Positions 59,734-64,000 of a stretch of 64,000 nucleotides of DNA are shown piece by piece (positions within the stretch are counted from its first letter, which is position 1; each line of letters starts with the position of its first letter). Below the pieces are notes generated by a model. It worked only from the letters and a program-made list of their open reading frames with translations, did not search any database and had not been told where the DNA came from. A program made the position numbers and the translations under genes. This DNA comes from an uncultured Armatimonadetes bacterium (GTDB lineage: Bacteria > Armatimonadota > UBA5829 > DTJY01). Location of the stretch: positions 1,344,001-1,408,000 of the forward strand of contig OY970325.1 of assembly GCA_963717145.1 (NCBI GenBank), in the 5' to 3' direction.

Positions 59734-62700
59734 GTGAGTAAAGACAACCCCATGCTTCACGAAAAGACCGAAGACCTGCTGCTCCAGAAGTGCAAGCAGC
59801 GACACAACGAGTTCGGTCAGTACCGTTACTGGTCTCCGCGCACGATCCCCGGCATCCGATACCGCGAGACGACCGCCTACGAGAAGATCGACGACGCACT
59901 GAAGGCTCAGGGCTGGCAGGACATCGCGATCGGCGACGAATGGGCCGGCGACGGTCAGTTCGCCTGGTTCCGCCTCCAGTTCGCCGTCCCGAAGGAATTC
60001 GACGGCAAGACGCTGGTCGCGATCCTCAAGTTCGGCCAGGGTGGATGGAACGGCGGCGAGGGCTGCCTCTTCATCGACGGCGTCCCGTACCAGGGGATCG
60101 ACGCCAATCACACCGATGTCGTGCTCGCGAAGAAGGCGAAGGCGGGCCAGAGGTACGACCTCGTGGTCGAGTGCGTCTCGACGCCGGTCTGGCAGAACCA
60201 GCGCCACAAGATCAAGCTCGAGCAGGCCGACATCGCCGCGCTGAACTACGACGTCCAGGACTACTGGTACGACCTCGGATTCATGACGAACATCGCCGAG
60301 CACCTCCCCTGGGGTAACCGACGCCGCGCGACGATCATCCGGACCGCCAACAAGAGCGTCGATGCCTTCGACTTCGAGGCCGCCGGCTTCGATGGTCTGG
60401 CATCAACGGCGAAGAACGCCCGAAAGATCATCGCCCCGCTCTATAAGAAGCCCGCCGACGCCAGCGCGATGGAGTTCGCGTGCGGCGGCCACTCCCACAT
60501 CGATGTCGCATGGTTGTGGCCCTACGCCGAGTCCGTGCGGAAGTGTTCCCGCACCTTCTCGACGGTCGATCGCCTGATGGACGAGTATCCCGACTACCTG
60601 TTCACGCAGAGCCAGGCGCAGCTTTACGAGTTCACGCAGGAGCACTACCCCGACCTCTACGAGCGCATCAAGAAGCGCGTGAAGGAGCGCCGCTTCGAGC
60701 CCCAGGGGAGCATGTGGGTCGAGGCCGACTGCAACGTCACCTCGGGCGAGTCGCTTGTCCGGCAGATCCTCCTCGGCAAAACACTGTTCATGGATGAGTT
60801 CGGTATCGAGACCGACATCCTCTGGCTGCCGGACGTATTCGGGTACAGCGCGGCTCTCCCCCAAATCCTGAAGAAGTCGGGCGTCGACTACTTCACGACG
60901 ATCAAGATAAGCTGGAGCCAGTTCAACAAGTTCCCATACTCCAGCTTCTGGTGGGAGGGCATCGACGGAACGCGCGTGCTCGCCCACTTCCCGCCGAGCA
61001 ACGATTACAACGCGCGCATCAACGCGAATCAACTCCTCCCCGCCGCCGAGAACTACCGCGAGAAGGACCGCTCGGACATCGCGCTTTACTCCTACGGCTA
61101 CGGCGATGGAGGCGGAGGACCGACCAGAGAGCATCTCGAGCACCTGAAGCGGGCCCGGGACCTGGAGGGCATCCCCAAGTGCACGCCGATGTGGGCCGCC
61201 GACTTCTTCAAGCAGCTCGTCAAGCGGTCTGAGGACCTGCCATCCTGGGTCGGCGAGCTCTACCTCGAATACCATCGGGGCACGTACACCACTCAGTCGC
61301 GGAACAAGCGCGCGAACCGGAAGTCGGAGCTGCTCCTCCGGGACGCTGAGATGGCGGCCGGCCTCGCGTGGATGACGAAAGGGTTGAAGTACCCGCACGA
61401 CAGCATCACACGCGCGTGGAAGCTCGTCTGCAAGAACCAGTTCCACGATGTCATCCCCGGCACGTCGGTCACCGATGTCTACAAGGACACGGCGCTCGAC
61501 TACAAGGAGATCGCAGGGATCGGGGCGGCGGCTCGAACCGCCGGGCTCGATAAGCTCGCGTCGCCCGTAGGGGAGGCCTTCAACGGCCTCCCGCATGGGC
61601 GGGTGTCCGTAGGGGAGGCCTTCAACGGCCTCCCGCCGGAAGGATTGGGCGTCGCAGACGGGAGGCCGTTGAAGGCCTCCCCTACGGGCGCTCCGTCGGA
61701 CGGCCAGACCATCATGCTGTTCAACAGCCTCTCGTGGGACCGCATCGATCCCGCCAAGGTATCGCTTCCCGGCAAGGCATCCGGCTGGCACGTCGAGACT
61801 CACGACGGAGAGCCCGTGCCGTCGCAGGCATCGAAGAAGGACCCCTCCGTCCTCTGGTTCGAGCCGCAAGTCCCCGGCATCGGCATCGGCGCACTCAAGC
61901 TGGTGAAGGGCGCAGGGAAGGCCGTGTCAGAGATCAAGGTGTCGGAGAGCGGCATCGAGAACTCGTTCTACAAGATCAAGCTCGACAAGAGCGGCCTCAT
62001 CACCTCGATCCTCGATAAACGATCGAAGCGCGAGGTCCTCCCTCAGGGTGAGAAGGCCAACAAGCTCCAGCTCTTCGAGGACAAGCCCATATCGTGGGAT
62101 GCGTGGGACATCGAGTTCTACTACCGCGACAAGGGCCGCGACCTCACCGACGTGCCCGTAGGGGAGGCCTTCAACGGCCTCCCATCCTCCGGGGGGATCG
62201 ATGCTCGCGCGTCCGGGAGGCCGTTGAAGGCCTCCCCTACGGAGATCAAGGTCGAGGACGCCGGGCCGGTGCGCGGCTCGCTCAAGATCAGGCGCAAGTT
62301 CGGCTCGTCCGAGATCGAGCAGCGGATCGTCCTCTGGGCGGCAAGCCCGCGCATCGACTTCGAGACCCGCGTCGATTGGCACGAGACGAAGAAGATGCTC
62401 AAGGTGGCGTTCCCCGTAGACGTGCATGCGAGCCATGCGCGATTCGACATCCAGTTCGGAAGCGTCGACCGCCCGACCCACTGGAACACGAGTTGGGACT
62501 TCGCGCGGCTGGAGGTCGCCGCCCAGAAATGGGTCGATATGTCGCAGGCCGACCATGGCGTCAGCCTCCTGAACGACTGCAAGTACGGCCACGACGTGCA
62601 CGAGAACGTCATGCGCCTGACGCTCCTCCGCTCGCCGAAGGAGCCCGACCCGACCGCGGACATGGGCGAGCACTTCTTCACCTACTCCCTGCTCCCCCAC

Positions 62701-63180
62701 GAGGGCGACTGGCGCGACTCCGAGACCGTCCGCCGCGCCTACGAGCTGAACGTCCCGACCGTGGCCTGGCTTTCGGACGTAACCCCCCCCAGCCCCCCCG
62801 CAACGGAGGGGAGTGGAGAGGGATCCGGAGCGAGAGTGGGCGCGTCAGGGAGCAAAGGTCAGGCGTCGGCACGAGGTAAACTCCCCTCCGTTGCGGGGGG
62901 GCTGGGGGGGGTTACGGGCAACCGCCTCCTCAGCGTGGATGCGCCGAACGTGATCATCGAGACCGTGAAGAAGGCCGAGAAGGAGGACGCGCTCGTCGTG
63001 CGCATGTACGAGTGCGCGGGGATGGATGCCGCCTTCCGCCTCGAAGCGGGGTTCAAGGTCGCACACGCCGTCGAGTGCGATCTCCTGGAGCGCGACCTGG
63101 CAGCCCTGAAGCTCGAGGGGAACTGCCTCCCGCTCTCGATGAAGCCGTTCGAGATCAAGACAGTGAAGCTGAGAGCATAG
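59734..63180 (+). CDS. Alpha-mannosidase (GH38) carrying three in-frame palindromic insertions
   Basis: GHSHIDVAWLWP, GESLVRQ, WLPDVFGY, GYGDGGGGP, GELYLEYHRGTYT, NQFHDVIPG, LLNDCKYG. Confidence 0.95.
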   Translation: MSKDNPMLHEKTEDLLLQKCKQRHNEFGQYRYWSPRTIPGIRYRETTAYEKIDDALKAQGWQDIAIGDEWAGDGQFAWFRLQFAVPKEFDGKTLVAILKFGQGGWNGGEGCLFIDGVPYQGIDANHTDVVLAKKAKAGQRYDLVVECVSTPVWQNQRHKIKLEQADIAALNYDVQDYWYDLGFMTNIAEHLPWGNRRRATIIRTANKSVDAFDFEAAGFDGLASTAKNARKIIAPLYKKPADASAMEFACGGHSHIDVAWLWPYAESVRKCSRTFSTVDRLMDEYPDYLFTQSQAQLYEFTQEHYPDLYERIKKRVKERRFEPQGSMWVEADCNVTSGESLVRQILLGKTLFMDEFGIETDILWLPDVFGYSAALPQILKKSGVDYFTTIKISWSQFNKFPYSSFWWEGIDGTRVLAHFPPSNDYNARINANQLLPAAENYREKDRSDIALYSYGYGDGGGGPTREHLEHLKRARDLEGIPKCTPMWAADFFKQLVKRSEDLPSWVGELYLEYHRGTYTTQSRNKRANRKSELLLRDAEMAAGLAWMTKGLKYPHDSITRAWKLVCKNQFHDVIPGTSVTDVYKDTALDYKEIAGIGAAARTAGLDKLASPVGEAFNGLPHGRVSVGEAFNGLPPEGLGVADGRPLKASPTGAPSDGQTIMLFNSLSWDRIDPAKVSLPGKASGWHVETHDGEPVPSQASKKDPSVLWFEPQVPGIGIGALKLVKGAGKAVSEIKVSESGIENSFYKIKLDKSGLITSILDKRSKREVLPQGEKANKLQLFEDKPISWDAWDIEFYYRDKGRDLTDVPVGEAFNGLPSSGGIDARASGRPLKASPTEIKVEDAGPVRGSLKIRRKFGSSEIEQRIVLWAASPRIDFETRVDWHETKKMLKVAFPVDVHASHARFDIQFGSVDRPTHWNTSWDFARLEVAAQKWVDMSQADHGVSLLNDCKYGHDVHENVMRLTLLRSPKEPDPTADMGEHFFTYSLLPHEGDWRDSETVRRAYELNVPTVAWLSDVTPPSPPATEGSGEGSGARVGASGSKGQASARGKLPSVAGGLGGVTGNRLLSVDAPNVIIETVKKAEKEDALVVRMYECAGMDAAFRLEAGFKVAHAVECDLLERDLAALKLEGNCLPLSMKPFEIKTVKLRA
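61562..61690. repeat. REP family A compound element in-frame in GH38
   Basis: Two direct GTAGGGGAGGCCTTCAACGGCCTCCC units plus one inverted unit. Confidence 0.92.
62158..62240. repeat. REP family A element in-frame in GH38
   Basis: GTAGGGGAGGCCTTCAACGGCCTCCC ... GGGAGGCCGTTGAAGGCCTCCCCTAC. Confidence 0.92.
62778..62916. repeat. C/G-run palindromic element in-frame in GH38
   Basis: CGTAACCCCCCCCAGCCCCCCCGCAACGGAGGGGAGT ... ACTCCCCTCCGTTGCGGGGGGGCTGGGGGGGGTTACG. Confidence 0.9.
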
Positions 63181-63191
63181 GAGGGTAGCAG

Positions 63192-63518
63192 ATGGGGATG
63201 AAGACTCATGATTCCCGCCTCGGCATCGCGTCCACGATCATCGCGGCGGTCGTGTCCCTTTGCATTGCCGGACTGATGGTGTTCGCGAGTCACTTCGCCG
63301 TAACGACAAGTGACCCGTCTTACGACCCTGAGCCCTATTTCCGGTTTCTGCACAGGATGCTCAACGGCATGTTCTTTCTTTCGGCCGTCGGGATAGGCGT
63401 GGGGATCGTCGGGCTGCTGCAGAAGGACACTGACCATACCTTCGCCCGAATCGGTGTTCTCGTGAATGTGTTACTCACCGGCACACTCTGGCCAACCGGT
63501 TCTAGCTGGCTCTACTAA
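63192..63518 (+). CDS. Small three-TM membrane protein (DUF4190-like), copy 2
   Basis: DSRLGIASTIIAA...G..LQ....HTFARIGV..N. Confidence 0.7.
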   Translation: MGMKTHDSRLGIASTIIAAVVSLCIAGLMVFASHFAVTTSDPSYDPEPYFRFLHRMLNGMFFLSAVGIGVGIVGLLQKDTDHTFARIGVLVNVLLTGTLWPTGSSWLY

Positions 63519-63522
63519 CAAG

Positions 63523-63592
63523 AATGCGGAATGGGCGGGGACACCATGCGTCCCCGCCCCATTTCGGATTTCGAGTTTCGATATTCGAGTTT
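63523..63592. repeat. GC hairpin plus heptamer arms between convergent genes
   Basis: aatgcggaat-GGGCGGGGAC-ACCATGC-GTCCCCGCCC-tttcggatttcgagtttcgatattcgagttt. Confidence 0.7.
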
Positions 63593-63604
63593 TCCCTGGG
63601 CGGA

Positions 63605-64000
63605 CTACGCCACAAGCGCGCCGCGCGCCGCAATCGTGCTCGGAGCGGACGACTGACCGGTGTCCTTCGCGTTGTTACCGCGATACTGCACCACGTAAGT
63701 GTAGTCCGACCCGTTGCCGGCAATCGTGTCCTCGTAGGGCGATGCCGTCTGATAGGCGACGAGCGAATAGCTCGTCTCCCCGGCCTTCTGCCGCCAGACG
63801 TTGCATCCCTTGACGCCCGCAGGCTTGCCGTTGATCTTCTCGTTCCCCGGCTCGGTGCCGAAATGCACCCACACAGTGCCCGGCTCGGTCTCCAGATAGA
63901 TCTTCGGCACATCCGGCGGCATCGCGCCCGCAGTGTGCATGGTGGTCGAGCGGACCGGCAGCCCGAGTTCGCCGCGAAGCGCGTCGGTCATGCCCGGCGC
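63605..64000 (-). CDS. Helical-bundle plus FN3-like protein, copy 2 (5' part beyond window)
   Basis: PGMTDALRGELGL...VHFG..P.NE..NGKPAGVKGCN...SPYEDTI...YRG...AARG, matching 47143-47805. Confidence 0.75.
   Translation of the reverse strand, partial: APGMTDALRGELGLPVRSTTMHTAGAMPPDVPKIYLETEPGTVWVHFGTEPGNEKINGKPAGVKGCNVWRQKAGETSYSLVAYQTASPYEDTIAGNGSDYTYVVQYRGNNAKDTGQSSAPSTIAARGALVA

Noticed and set aside
61567-62916. Inteins or self-splicing introns in GH38
   Set aside because: Inserts are only 83-139 bp palindromes, lack Cys/Ser...His-Asn intein ends and group I/II intron features, and family A matches intergenic repeats.
1-64000. tRNA, rRNA or prophage genes
   Set aside because: None recognised by eye; a covariance-model scan was not possible.

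Overview
GC-rich bacterial chromosomal window, probably Armatimonadota (inferred from a C-terminal 'WGRVT...FYVDDGSG' domain, a DUF6785-type membrane protein and gene order). It mixes housekeeping blocks (miaA-hfq-dapF-dapL-hflX; Ile T-box plus type-2 ileS; rplU-rpmA-obgE-proB-nadD-LCP-rsfS) with carbohydrate-active enzymes (GH78, GH38, GH99-like, esterase), a chaperone/usher-like pilus cluster at the left edge, a ComEC-like/DUF3006/PilB-GspE block, a single-ORF IS66 and a lower-GC P-loop ATPase. The most striking feature is dense colonisation by several families of short palindromic (REP-like) and 7/8/9-mer inverted tandem repeats. They are not only intergenic: they sit in-frame in the GH38 gene (three insertions) and ileS, form the signal peptide of a Kelch protein, lie inside the T-box riboswitch and supply stop codons. 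Also notable are a twice-present cassette (small membrane protein plus convergent helical/FN3-like protein, one copy preceded by a 21-bp-phased palindrome array), a GVHH-motif IleRS and an in-frame amber codon in proB. The assembly carries many single-base indels (about 12 in ileS), so frameshift calls are probably largely sequencing artefacts. All family assignments are from motif recognition, not database searches.
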